This document shows, one piece after another, positions 1 to 13,900 of a stretch of 64,000 bases of DNA. Below the pieces are notes generated by a model that worked only from the letters and a program-made list of their open reading frames with translations, ran no database searches and was not told the DNA's origin. The stretch is from contig CM102285.1 of NCBI GenBank assembly GCA_046563655.1, positions 6,076,001 through 6,140,000 on the forward strand, written 5' to 3'. The DNA comes from Yuukianura sp. NJ FZ-2021 (Eukaryota). The number at the start of each line of letters is the position of its first letter. Positions within the stretch are counted from its first letter, which is position 1. The position numbers and the translations under genes were made by a program.

Positions 1-1305
1 CTTCAAACTTTGGTTATAGGTTAGCCTAACGTCAAAACTATGAATACTCAATTTTCTAAGTTCAAAGATTAAACGTGTTATAAGAAATAAAAAAATTTTC
101 ACAATCTTACCAGAAATATATTCTTGAAAAAACCGAACGCTCTGTAAAACCAATATTTTCTTTAGCTGCCTTATCCATGTCTGCCTAAAATGGACAACAA
201 GTTATGTAAAATTTTTGAAAAATAATGTTTTAGTAAATCGAAATTTTTGGAACAGACTTGTATAGTTGAAATTTTAGTCAAAACAATACACACTTTGTGA
301 CATTTTCTCACAGAATAAAGTCTTTGCTGCTCTCTGCCTGCTCCACAATGATTGATTGCTGAATTTGCTACACCAAAACCACTCAAAGGCTTTCTCTGCA
401 TTGATGTGGTGAAGTTAACACTTTTTCACCTCGTCATAGCCTGCAATAGCCTCTAGTGTTTTATTTAATTAGACTGAATTTAGTAACTTCAACTAATTGT
501 AAAGGCATCAAAATATCTAAACTAACGCTAATGATTTTTTCAAGAAAAAGTATATGTCTCAAGAAGAATTATGTTTCAAGAAAATTCTAAAAAGATCGAA
601 AAAACTACTAAATATAAATTCCATTTCAACCGCGGAACTAATACTGAATAGTTCAAATTGGATCAATATTAGGTAGAACGCACGGCTGATTTTAACATTC
701 CATCTTATGTATGTTTTGGACTTTAAAGAAATACTTGTTCTGTTTTGTATTCCAATCGTTTGGCACGCTAGCTTTGAATTCCTAATTTATTTAGTGTTTC
801 GTGAACTTATTGAAATGTTTGTTCAAGCTGAAGCAATTATTCTTTACATGTTATAAAGTTTAGCTTAGTTTGAAGTTTCAAAACTTATCTCGCATGTCTG
901 CCTGTGAATTTCAAGTTAAGAAAAGTTTAGTCTTCATAAGTAATTATTTTGTCGTAAACTTACAAAATTCTCCGTCGCTTTGAAACAGTAGTGTTAGAAG
1001 TTAAATTTACAACCTAATTCAAACTGATATCGCCTAACCAATTGAATTCGTCTTTGGAGTGTCACTCATCGCCGAAAGAAAGCTTGGTTATTGGGAGTGC
1101 CACTTACTGCGGCACAACGCCTACAGAAACTGGCTTAATTCGTCCTGATTTAGGCTACTTTAAATTAGTCAATTAGTTGCAAATGAGCCATCCGTAATTA
1201 ATTCAAAAGCGTATGAGTTTGTTCGGATGCGGTACCATTCTAATTGAACGCTGAACTTAACTCTGAATTTTCAATTTCGGATTGATCAATTCAACGCTTG
1301 TGACA

Positions 1306-1336
1306 TATAAGTACTTCCGCGTCAAAACCCACAGTT
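1306..1336 (+). promoter_or_regulatory. Candidate core promoter (TATA + Inr) of the NRPS gene
   Basis: TATAA at 1306-1310 followed ~25 nt later by ACAGTT (Inr-like) at 1331-1336. Possible 5'UTR introns at 1415-1587 and 1716-1937 (GT..AG). Spacing only, no transcript evidence. Confidence 0.3.
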
Positions 1337-1980
1337 TTGGAATTCTCAATTCCTGGCGTTTGGAAGAACTTTGCTTAAAAGGGGCAAGCTAATGTGCATT
1401 GTTGTGAGAAATAAGTATATTTATATTGATTTACTAATAAGACAATAATGCACCCAAAATAATTACACATTTTGTTGAAACAAGTTTTAGCGTCCGGGTC
1501 AAATATTGCCTGCTTGATAACAAAATATTTAGTTTAGGTATTAATATAGCATATTACATATTCAAAAACATATTTTCTTTATTTTAGGCTGCATTTTAAA
1601 GGACAAAACCGCTGTTGAATTCTGTGGTTTAATAACAGAGATCGAAAACATCGACTCATTTTCGTTTATTTCAAAAATTGGCTTACGTTTTCGTCCGCGT
1701 TGGAAAATGTTTACGGTAATGGAAGCGAATGCAGTGGTAAGACATAATACATGTTAATAATGAAGTTATTAAAATTTAAAACAGTCATACACATGTATAG
1801 TTGCAGTTGGGGAAAAGCAAACGTAAATTGCTTATGACTCAAAAATTTGAACATTTTTTTTGTAGAAAACCGCCAAAAAGGGGGATGAAGAGCAATGCCA
1901 AAATGGTGCACTGATTGACGTAACCAAATCGCCGCAGAAAATTGCTGACGAAGATCATCGCCAACGGCAAAACTTATGAA

Positions 1981-4900
1981 ATGGAAGAAGAAGCAACGGG
2001 ACTCCAACAACCAGATTTGAGTTACTTGCTAGCGAAATCCAACTTGGTGCAACCACCGATTAGTTCTAAAAAGGTTCAGTTAAATTTTCAAGGTTTAAAT
2101 GCTGCCTTTGAGCCAGAGGTAGAAAAATTAGGGCTGAGCATAAAAGTGGTTGCGACAATCGTTTTCCATCGATTGCTCCGCATCTACGGGGGGACAGAGG
2201 AGACCGTCGTTCTTGACGCAGATGCCATGCGCGTCTTCACTTTCTTACGACATGATGAGGTAGGTGGTCTCTCCGTTTTGGAAGCCTTGAAACACCTTAA
2301 AGTTAAAAATATTTCGCTGAAACATGAAAAAACTGAAAACGGTTTTGTTACGCTCGAAAACGATTCATTTTTGACGAAAAACGTTTCCAACAAAGCAAAA
2401 ATTGTAACAATGTCAACTCAAAAAAACTGCTCGAATGCAAGTGAATTGTTGCATTTTGAAGCTGTAGAGTTCCCCATGTGGTCGTTTGCTGCAACTAGTT
2501 GCGTAATTTCGGTGGAAATGTTGGACGAAATGATGACTGCGTTTGAAACGATGCTGAATCACGTCATTTTGCATCCGACGGACATGTTAAGGAATTTGCC
2601 ATATTTGAACACAGTGCTACTTGCAATTTTAAAGGATGAATGGAATTCGACGCGCGTTAAATTTTCCAGTGAGGACAACACACTGCTTGAATTGTTCAAA
2701 GAAATGGTTGCAAAATACCCCAACAGGGTAGCTGTGGTGCGTGAGGAAGTGAAGTTAACGTATGCGCAACTGGACATAGAATCGGACAAACTTGCGCACA
2801 GGTTAAGTCAACTGCCATCAGAGGTCATTGACCTTGAAAAGGTCATTGCTCTGTACTTGGACAAAAGTGAGCTCATGTTCGTTGCTATTCTGGCAACTTT
2901 CAAGATCGGATGCGCTTACGTTCCGCTTGACCCTACTTATCCTGCGGCAAGAGTCGAATCCATACTGTCCGACACGCAAGCTAAATGCGTGTTGCTTAAT
3001 CGGCGGTACAAAAAGTTCACGCCATTTTCAAATTTGGTTAAAATTGAAATCGAGTCGGTTTTGACGACGAACGTAGCGGCTGATGCTGTCCGACGTCTAA
3101 ACCTGACACCTAAATCGCTGGCTTATATAATTTTTACGAGTGGAACTAGCGAGGGGCGGCCAAAGGGCGTCATGACAGAACACAGAAACGTCACCAACTA
3201 TGTGAGTGACATGTCACTAAAATACTTTGGACATGATCCAAAAAATTCCGGAGAGGTCATATTGCAACTTTCGAATTACGTTTTTGACGTGGCAGTGGAT
3301 CAGATGTGGCTGGGATTGGCCAATGGCTTAACTTGTCTCATTCCACCACAGAATATGTGGCATGATCCAGAAATATTCTATGCTTATCTTCAAAAACACG
3401 GAGTGACGCATGTTTCCGGAACTCCGTCGTTTCTAAAACAGTTTCACTGGGACAGAATTCCGAGTTTGCGTAGACTAATTTTCGGTGGAGAAAAGTTGAA
3501 CCTCGAATGCTACAAAAGGGTACGCGGGGCAGGGCGATACGAACTGATTAGTATGTTTGGTCCCACCGAATGCACTGTAATTGCTGCACATTATCCAATG
3601 AAAGAATTCAGCACATGCGTGGGAGGTGCGATGGCCAACACAGCGTTTTACATTTTGGACGATGGTATGAATCCGGTACCGGTAGGAACAGTGGGAGAAC
3701 TTTACATAGGTGGGCATGGTGTGTGTCGTGGATACTTAAACCGACCGGAGCTTACGGCGAATGCGTTCGTTCAAAATCCGTTTGGCGGAGAATTTGAACG
3801 GTTGTATAGAACGGGTGATCTTGTTCGTCGTAACTCCGATGGATCAGTTTCATTCATCGGAAGAAAAGACGGTCAGGTCAAAATCCGTGGAAATCGAGTT
3901 GAAATCACAGAGGTGGAGCATGTACTTTTAAATTTCCCGCAAATTGACGATGGAGTTGTAATTGCACGGGAAAAAGAAAAAGACGGAGGTCTAGTTCTAC
4001 TTGGTTACTACGTATCTGTTGTGTCTCTGGATGAAAAATCTATTATTAGTTTCATGAAACAAAAGCTTCCTGACTTTATGGTTCCCTTTAGAGTCATGCG
4101 TATAAACAGCATCCCGTTGACCATTACTGGAAAACTGGATGCACGAAAGCTTCCGAATCCATGTGAAGAAGAACCGGCAATTTTGAAGTTTAGCATTTCT
4201 GAGCTTACTGAAAATGAGGTGAAGGTTTACAACATTTGGAGAGAAGCGATTGGTCCATCGTCAGGTTTCACTATTGACTCAAATTTTTTTGAACTTGGCG
4301 GGGACAGTCTCACCGCATTACAAATTGTTGCCAAACTTAGAGAAAAATGCGGTTTCTCGGCTACTGTTTCACAAATTTTTGAATTTCCAACAATCCGACG
4401 CCTCTGTCTCCAATTGGACAAAATAGAAAGCGTCACTGATCATAAAATAGATAAGGTCACGAGTCTGACCGGCTTGAACAATGGGAAAGTGGATTTGGCT
4501 TTGAACAAGGTCAAGGTCAAAGGTCAAGCCGAAAGTGTTTTCTTTGCAAACAGTTTACAGCAGGGTTTTATTTACAACTACCTCCGCTCTCCACGAGATG
4601 GTGCTTACATTGTCCAAAATTTGTGGCAGTACCATGAGGAAATTGACGTTTCAAAATTCCAAAAAATTTGGTTAACCTTGGTTTGGAAATATCCAAGTTT
4701 GCGGTTGCATTTTGACTGGGAAGATCAGTTGATTCAAATTATCGACGATGAAGCGAAGTTAGATTTTCGGTATTTACCGAATCTGTATGAGCCGATTGAA
4801 ACTTTACTAAAAGCGGATAGAAAAGAAGGTTTCGATTTGAAAAGAGCGCCACTTTTTAGAATTTACTTGATTCGTGAAGGCCCAGAACTGTTTAGTTGCA

Positions 4901-7900
4901 TCTTTAGTAACCACCATGCAATCATAGATGGAATTAGCACTGGTCTGCTTTTGGCTGAGCTCAGTGACCTTTACTCCGGCAAGAGTTTGGATTCAGCAGA
5001 GATCGATGACGCTTACTGCCTGACTCAAAAGTTTATTCAAGATTCTGATTTGTCAAAATCAGGATTGGAGTGGTGGAAATCTCGGTTGGGGCAAGTTGAG
5101 ACACGCAACAGTCTTGTCGGCATTTTGCACAAAAATAAACGACATCTTTCGCTTTTCAGCGTCACTGCTGTTGAATCTCCACAGAAAGCTTCTTTTCGTT
5201 TAGAAGATGAAACTATTTCCAAGTTAAGAAAATTTTCAGTTCAGAATGGATTTACTCTTCAATCAATTTTTCAATTTGCTTGGCACAAAATTTTGTCGGT
5301 TTATGGCACAAGTAAAGATACCGTAACTGGACTCGTTGTTAATGGTCGTAGCGCGCCAGTTCCAGGAATTCATAAATCTGTTGGACCGTATATCAACACA
5401 CTTCCACTGTATGTGCATCATTCAACAAATGACGCAGTCGCAATGATCCGAAAAGTACAACAACTTATACATGAAGTTGCGTCAAGAGAGTATGTTAATT
5501 TAACTGCGTTAAGTTCCGGAGAGGAGCGACTTTTTGATAATGTTTTTGTTTACGAAAATTACGCCGGACTTCCACGCGGAACAGCCGTCTTTGAAAACAT
5601 TGATTACCCGTTAGATTTACTTATCAAAGAAACAAAGTCCGATATCTTAGTTCAACTCACTTTTGATGAAGGACTTTTTGAATTTCAAAAAATTCAACAG
5701 CTTTTGGAAACTTTTAAACATGTCATTTTAGAAATTCCGAAAGGAGCGTTGACGTTGGTAGCGGAAACAGAGGAGGAAGAAATTTGTGAGAAGTTGCGTG
5801 GCCCGGTTGTAGAGTTTGACCAAAATTTAAAGTTGCATCAGCTTTTTGAAGTCAGAGTTTCACAGACGCCGGACAAAGTTGCCCTTTTGACGGAAACGAA
5901 AAAATGGACATTTGCTGAGTTGAATAGCTTAGGAAATGCAATTCGGCGGGAAATTGAAATTCAAAATCCAACCAATCCCGTGATCCCGGCGTTTTTTGAT
6001 GAACCTGCCCTTTTGCCTGCCGCAATTCTTGGAATTTTTAAATCCGGTGGCGGCTATTGCCCGCTGGATTCAAATCTCCCGCCAGAACGAATTACCTTCA
6101 TTTTGCGAGATATTGCTGCGCATGGGCAGAATTCTAAAATGGTCATTTTAACTTTGTCTCACCTTCGACCCAAACTGGATCAGATTTTGCACAAAAACAG
6201 GAATTGGCATATAGGGGTCATTGACATTGACTTAATTTCTGATCCAGTCGGAGTTGCAGGAGCTCCATTTCTGTCAGGAGACATTACAAGCGTCATTTTT
6301 ACTTCAGGGACAACCGGAGTGCCGAAGGGAGTTGTACTGAAACATGGTGGACTCATCAACTATTGCTTAGAGCAAATTCGGACAAACTTTACTTCCGAAG
6401 GTGACGTTGTACTTTCCTTACTAGGCTGGGCATTTGATGGATTCTGGTGTAGTTTGGCTCCAGGAATTTTTGGAAACTGTGCAAGCGCCGTTTTGTCTCC
6501 TAATGCGATTCTAGATGCAGAGAGTGTCGTAGAGTTCGTGATAAACAAAAGAGTGACGCATGTCGTTGGAAATCCGCTTCACCTTTGCCAGCTAAATCTT
6601 CATCGCGTACGAAGTTTGAAAACAATTTTATCTGCTGGCAGTGCCATGACATGCGCAGATGCTTCCAAACTTTTGAGTTTAAACGTTCGTCTTGTAAATG
6701 GATTTGGACCGACCGAAACTTCAGTGATTTCAACATCGGGCGACATTGCCGCCTCGGACGACATACATATTGGACAGCCGTTGGCCAACACAGAGTTGTA
6801 CATTTTGGATGAGGATTTGAACACCGTCCCGAGTGGAGCCGTGGGTGAATTGTACATTGGCGGGAATGGAGTTTGCGCGGGATATTTGAATCGACCAGAA
6901 GAAACTAAGACGCGGTTTATTTCAAATCCGTTTGGGTTAGGACTAATACATAAGTCAGGTGATCTGGTGTCTCTGCGTAGTGACGGGCACTTGGACTATC
7001 ACGGCAGACGAGATTTTCAGGTCAAGGTCAGAGGTTATCGTATCAACCCAGCTGAAATTGAGGCTACGGTGGCCACTTTCTCTGATGTGACGTTTGCAGT
7101 TGTTTCTGTTTTCAATGAAACCTTATTTGGATTTGTAGTTTCCAATGCAGAGGTTTTGGATATTGAACAACTTTTCAAATTTTTGGAGGAAAGACTGCCT
7201 GAATACATGATTCCATCTAGATTTATTCAAATGCAAAGTATACCGTTAAATTCAAACGGAAAAGTAGACTATAAGAGGCTTCAGGAAATTTCACTCGATC
7301 AAGTGGTGCGATCTAGTGAAAAAATTCGGCCGAGCAATATCTTGGAAGAACAAATTTCTACACTTTGGGCCGAAATTCTCCGAATATCGGACAATTCCGA
7401 AAAACCAGGCATTGGTATTACCGAGAACTTTTTTCGGCTAGGTGGAGACAGTATTTCTGCAATTCAAATTGTTTCCCGCCTAAGACAGCGCCTCGGTATC
7501 ACAATCCGAGTGGCAGATGTCTTTAAAACCAAAACGATTCAAACTTTGGCAAAACTCATAAATTCCCAAATGGAAACCCAAATTCCAATTACTACCCCAA
7601 TTTCGGAATCGGGCATGCTGATTGGTCAAGTGCCGCTTTTACCAATCCAGGATTGGTTCTTTGCTAAATTTAAAAAAGGCGGGATGAATCATTTCAATCA
7701 GGCATTCCTTCTTAGAGTTCCGCCTCTAGATGTCAGCCGACTCCAAAAATGTGTATCCGTAATGCATGACTTCCACGATAGTTTGCGGCTGCGTTTTGTT
7801 CTAGAAAATAATACAGTGATTCAAAGTTATGCTGCAGAAACTGTTCCTCCTAAGGTACGTCACTTTTCCCACGAAGAAATTCAAACCAATTCGGAAATAT

Positions 7901-10900
7901 TAACTGAAGTTCAGAGTTCATTTGATTTGACGATTGGGCCAGTTTGGTCAATTAATTACATTGATGGTTACGAGGACGGCTCAGCACGACTCCAATTTGC
8001 TTTTCATCATCTCGTTATTGATTCTGTCAGTTGGCGCATTCTGGTTGATGATTTGTTTCGACTTTATTATGCAACAAATTTCGAAGGCGCGATTTTTCAA
8101 ACAAAAGGAACAAGCTACCGACAGTGGGTCAATGCTTTACGGAAGTTGTACGATTCCTCTGCTATGAATCACGAAAAAATGTATTGGAACAACATTAGTT
8201 CTGCATACCGGAATACCGAAGTTTCGAGTTCGATACAAACAATTTTACCGTTGGGATCGCCTACGCTGTCAGTTTGTCGCTTTACATTAGACAAAGGTAC
8301 GACCACTGCTTTGCTCCAAGTTGCACCGAAGTCGTTCAATACAAATGTGGTTGAACTGATTCTGACTTCTCTGGCATATGTACTAGCTAATACAACTGGA
8401 AATAACAAAAATTTTGTTACGCTTGAGGCCCATGGTAGAGAAGACGCTCTTATAGACGGTGTCGACCTTAGCAGAACAGTCGGTTGGTTTACGACAATGT
8501 TTCCATTTGGATTGAGCACAGAAAAGACAATAGGCGAAACCATAATGCACATTAAGGACGCATTCCGTGCTATTCCGAACAAAGGAATTGGCTACGGCAT
8601 TCTGATTGGCTACGCAGATCCACCACTTCCACCAATCACAGTCAATTTTCTAGGAAATTTTGACCAAGAGGGAAAATGGACATTCACGAACGAATTTGCC
8701 GGAGAAACATGCTTGCCCAAACAAAAGGACATTTCAGATGCGCTAACTCATAACAAAGTTGAGCATTTGTCAACGCAAAGTGACATTCAACTGCCATCTC
8801 ATATGAGTATAGACATTAGCATTGTACAAGGAGTTTTGGAGGCGGAGCTTAGCGGCAACCTTGAACAGAGTTACTTGGAGAGTTTTGGCGGCAATTTGAG
8901 CCGGGAAATCCAATATGTAGTTGAGTACTGCACAAACTTAAGCCGGTCGTACCTCACTTCCAGTGATATTGGCTGTAAAATTTCAAAAACAGTTTTGGAC
9001 AAAATTCAAAAAGAGCGGGAAATTGAGTCAGTTTTCAAAATGTCCAGCCTACAAGAGGGATTCATCTACTATCAACTGTCCCATCAACAACCACCTTATG
9101 CATACCATGTTCAGCACACTTGGAATTATGAATGTGACCTTCATCCAGAAGTCATGCACCAAGCATGGCAAGAAGTCCAGTTCTGCTTTCCCGCTTTGCG
9201 TTTGCGTTTTTGCTGGGAAGCAGAATTTGTCCAAATTGTTGACAAAAGTCAACCACTGAATTTTAGTTTCCGTGACCTCACAAGCTTGACCTTAGAAAAA
9301 CGCCAAACAGAGATTGGCGCAGTTTTGCAAGCTGACAACATCCAGCCGTTTGATCTTGCAACAGGTTCACTGTTCAGAGTATACATTGTAAAGCAGGGGC
9401 CTATGACATTTACTACTGTTTTTACGCATCATCATGCCATTCTGGATGGTTGGAGCTTAAATGTCCTCTACACTCGTCTACACACAATTTATCTGGAACT
9501 GCTTAAAGGTCAAAGGTCACAGTCACGACAGACAGTTGACCACGCGTACATGTCTGCGCACAGTTATCTCCAAGAGCATTACTCCGATAATCTTGATTGG
9601 TGGAAAGCTTATTTAAGTAGGATTCAAGAAAAGTGTGACATGTCAGGGCTAATGCGCAAGAATAGGACTCAGGAGGGTCAAAGGTCAGAAACAATTAACC
9701 TAAACTTACCAAATGAAGTTCTCCGAAATTTGAAATTTGCCGCGTCTAGTTCTGGTGTAACATTGAGTGTTGTATTCCTGTACGCATGGCACAAATCTTT
9801 GTCAGTTTTCGGTTCCTGCTCACAATCAATTGTTGGAACGACTGTTTCCGGCAGAAATCTGCCAGTAGATGGGATTGACACCAGCGTAGGCTGCTATATA
9901 AACACACTTCCATCAATATTTGAACACACAAAAGGCAACATTAAGCAGGCGCTGAAAACTTTGCAGGAAGACATTTTGGAACTAAATGGAAAGAGCAATG
10001 TTCTTTTAAGCGATTTGGTCAAAATCGCTGATCTATCAGAAAATGAACGTCTTTTTCAAAATATTTTTGTCTATGAAAACTACCCTAAAATAACCGATTC
10101 TGCACAAGAGCTGTGCATTTCAAATCGAACGACTTATGAGCGCCAAGAATTTCCTTTGGCGGTGTTGGTGGAAGAAGATGGCGACAGTTTTACATGTTCT
10201 GTAACATACGAAACAACCTTGTACGACACCAATCAGCTTGTGAAGTTGGTCAATACATTTGAAAATGTTCTTCGCGCCATTGCTGAAAATCCAAAAGCTG
10301 ATGTAACTGCACTTCGTTATGTTAATGACACGGATCATACGCTATTGACAGACTGGTCCAAAAAAGAAGTTCCATTTCCAGAGCATTTATTGGTTCAGGA
10401 TTTGCTTCAAACGTGGGTGGAAGCGACGCCTCAGGCGGTTGCCGTTACGACAGAGCTTGCATCGCACAGCTTTGAGAGTTTGTGGCATAGAATTAAGTGT
10501 GTGGCAAATCATCTGCGAAGTGTCATACATTTTGAAGGGACCAAAGATGTGTTTGTGCCATTTTTCATATCAGAACCGCATTTGTTGGCTGAAACAATTT
10601 TTGGAATTTTGAAGGCCGGCGGTGCCTACGTTCCGTTGGATCCTACGTTACCAAAGAGCAGAATGGCAAATATTCTGAACCAGATTAAACCTCAAGTTGT
10701 TTTAACTGTGAGTCCACTCCGCAGTATTCTGGAATCATTATCACAAGATTTGACTTTCAAACTTAAGGTCATTGACCTTGACATAGACGTAGACTGGGAG
10801 CAAGGGTCGTGTTCAGAAATCACAGGAAATTCAAATGAAATTCAACGCTGTAGCTCTGATGCTGTTTACATGGTTTTCACTTCCGGTTCCACTGGAACTC

Positions 10901-13900
10901 CCAAAGGAGTAATCGTTGAGCACAAATCGCTTGTGAACGTAGTTCTAGAAATGAGTCGATTCATGAGCAGTGGAACAGAAGTGGTTTTACCACTGTTTGG
11001 ATGGGGATTTGACGCTATCTGGTCTGCATTAGGAGTGGGGCTACTGTCAGGCGGGGCAACAGTTTTAGCCAATCCCAGCACAGTATTGGACGCAGAACGC
11101 TTAATTCCGTTTTGTACAACAAACTCCGTTACGCAAATCCACGGAAATCCACTTCTCGTGCAGCAATTGCCGCTCGAAAATGTTCCGTCACTGAAAACAG
11201 TTTGTGTAGCAGGGCAAGACATAAGCACTGCATTTGTTGCTCATTTCCGTCAAAAATATCATAATGCTACTCTGATTAACGGATATGGCCCTACGGAAAC
11301 TACTGTAGGTTGTACTTTGGAGAAAATTGAAGATGAATCTGTGTCAATTGGCAAATGTATTGGAAATATCACTGCTCATGTGCTAGATCCATTTGGAATT
11401 CCAGTTCCAATTGGGGTGAAAGGCGAATTGTATATTGGAGGGGTGGGAGTTGCACGCGGGTATTTTCACAATGAAGAAAAAACGAACGAATCTTTTTTGA
11501 AAAATCCATTTGGTCATGGGAAAATTTACAAAACGGGAGATATTGTCTATTGGACAGAAATAGGAAAATTGGTGTACGTGGGACGACGGGATTTCCAAAT
11601 TAAAGTCAGAGGTTATAGAGTAGATTTTAGTGAAATTGAAGCAGCAGTTGAATCTTACGAGGGAATTCAAAAAAGTGTGATTTTGGCCTCAAAAAACGAA
11701 AATGGCCAACAAAAATTAATTTGCTACGCAGTTCCAAACTCTCCACAATGGCCGTCTACTGCACAGGTTTTTGCACACCTTGAAAAGATTTTACCAGAGT
11801 ATATGATTCCGGCAGGAATCCACTTCCTTTCAAAATTGCCGCTAAATTCAAACGGAAAGTTGGACACTGGTAAACTACCGACAATAGAAGAAATAACACA
11901 AGTGAAACGTAAAGCGCCGCGCACGCCTCTAGAGTCACTCATCTGTGAAGCATGGGCGTCTGTTTTTGGTGTAGATGCTGAAACAATTGGGATTGATGAT
12001 AATTTTTTTCGACTCGGCGGCGATTCTGTATCGAGCATTCAAGTTGTCGGAAAACTTAGATCACAACTTGGTGCATCATTTCCAGTAACCGTACGGGATA
12101 TTTTGAATTACAAAACAATTGAATCTTTAGTAGCCAACATTGATTACACTACAATCAAAAATTTTGAAATTGAACAAAAAATTTCTGAAAAAATTGAAAA
12201 TTTTGAAAATGGGCGCTGGATTTGCGAGGCAAATAGTCTACAAGAGGGGTTGGTTTACCACTTTAAAACAAGAGGGCGTCATGCAGATGCCTACGTAGTA
12301 CAGAAAGTGATTCACTATGGTGAGGTCATTGACCTTCCAAAAATAAAAACTGCTTGGACCATGGTACATGCACAGTACCCAGGACTTCGGGTCAAGTTTA
12401 GTTGGAAAAACCGCGTAGAGCAAATTATCGAGGAGGTCATTGAACCTCTAGATTGGAGAGAAGTAACAGCCTTTACTGCGTCCGAATTTGACCAAATTGT
12501 TGCTCGAGATCGGTCGGAAGGATTCGACTTGGAAGCAGGGAATTTGCTTAGGGTCACTTTTGTACAATTATCGGCAATGTTTCAGTGTTTACTGACCGTA
12601 CATCATGCAGTTAGTGATGGTTGGAGTACAAATCTTCTTCTCGGAAACGTCCATGCAACATACTACGCATTGGTCAACGGCAGTTCTCTGCTACCAATGG
12701 CAGTCGACATGTCGTACATGGTTGCACAGCGACATCTCGCGGCAGTACAAAACGAATCTCATGCTTTTTGGGATTCCCTTAATAGTTCAGTTGAATCTCG
12801 GCCTGATTGGTCCAGCCTTTTGCAATCCACATACGATTTAGCACCACAACTCATTGATGAATCAATTTCGAATTCTTTCAAAGTTAGAACCGAGAGTATA
12901 AAAGTATCGACCGAATTGGTCAATGAGGTTCGTCGAATCACTTCCGAAATCGGTGTAACTCCAAACGCTCTATTTCAACTTGCGTGGCACAGAACTCTAC
13001 GTGTATTTGGCCATACCGAACAAACCGTCGTCGGTACAACTGTATCCGGTAGAGACATTCCGGTAGATGGAATTCAAAGTTCAGTAGGTTTGTTTGTAAA
13101 CACTTTGCCTCTGGTACTGGACCACGTTGAACTCGACAATTTAACTGGTGTTGAAGCACTGAAACTTGTTCAAGAGAGGACAATTGAATTGAACGCTAAA
13201 AGTAGTCTGAAGTTAAGCAAATTGAAATCACTCCAATTTGATTCAATTTACGCTTTTGAAAATTATCCAACATGGAGCCAAAATGAAAAATTTGATCAAA
13301 TTTTGAAAGTTTCTTACTCTGAAGGAATTTCTTACGAAGACTATCCATTGCTACTTACAGTGACTTTGAAAGGTCAGGAATGCTCATTAGAGCTACAAAG
13401 TTCGTCAAAATTTTTAGCATCAGCGACAGAACGACTTCTGACTACAATGTACAACGTTGTCCAAAATATTCTAAAAGGAGTTTACAACCGAGTAGACTCT
13501 TATGCATATTTGAACCAATCAGAAATCAAAGAAATTGTTGACAAAAATACTCTCAAGCTTCCTGTTTACACTCATACTGTTCTAAACAACTTTCGGGTAA
13601 ATGTCGCAGAGTGCCCCGAAACAATCGCGGTTATCTACAATGATGTTTCAATTTCGTACAAAGAGTTAGATAGAATGTCGAACTTAATTTGTCGAGATCT
13701 AGTTCGGAACTATTCGCAATTTGTCGGCAGGGATCAGTTAGTACCGATATTTTTAGACAAAAGTCAATGGACACAAATCGGAATCCTTGGAATCATGAAG
13801 ACCGGTTCAGCTTACGTTCCGATCGATCCAATTTTTCCTCCGCAGAGAATTGAAAATATATTGAACGATGTTTCCGCACATGTGATTGTGACTAGTTCTG

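Noticed and set aside
1..450. Possible minus-strand exons (AG..GTAAG around 184-111) and ORF 171-401
   Set aside because: I could not assemble an open spliced frame or recognise a domain.
1942..1980. ORF-track start at TTG 1942
   Set aside because: The context is eukaryotic; the first in-frame ATG is at 1981.
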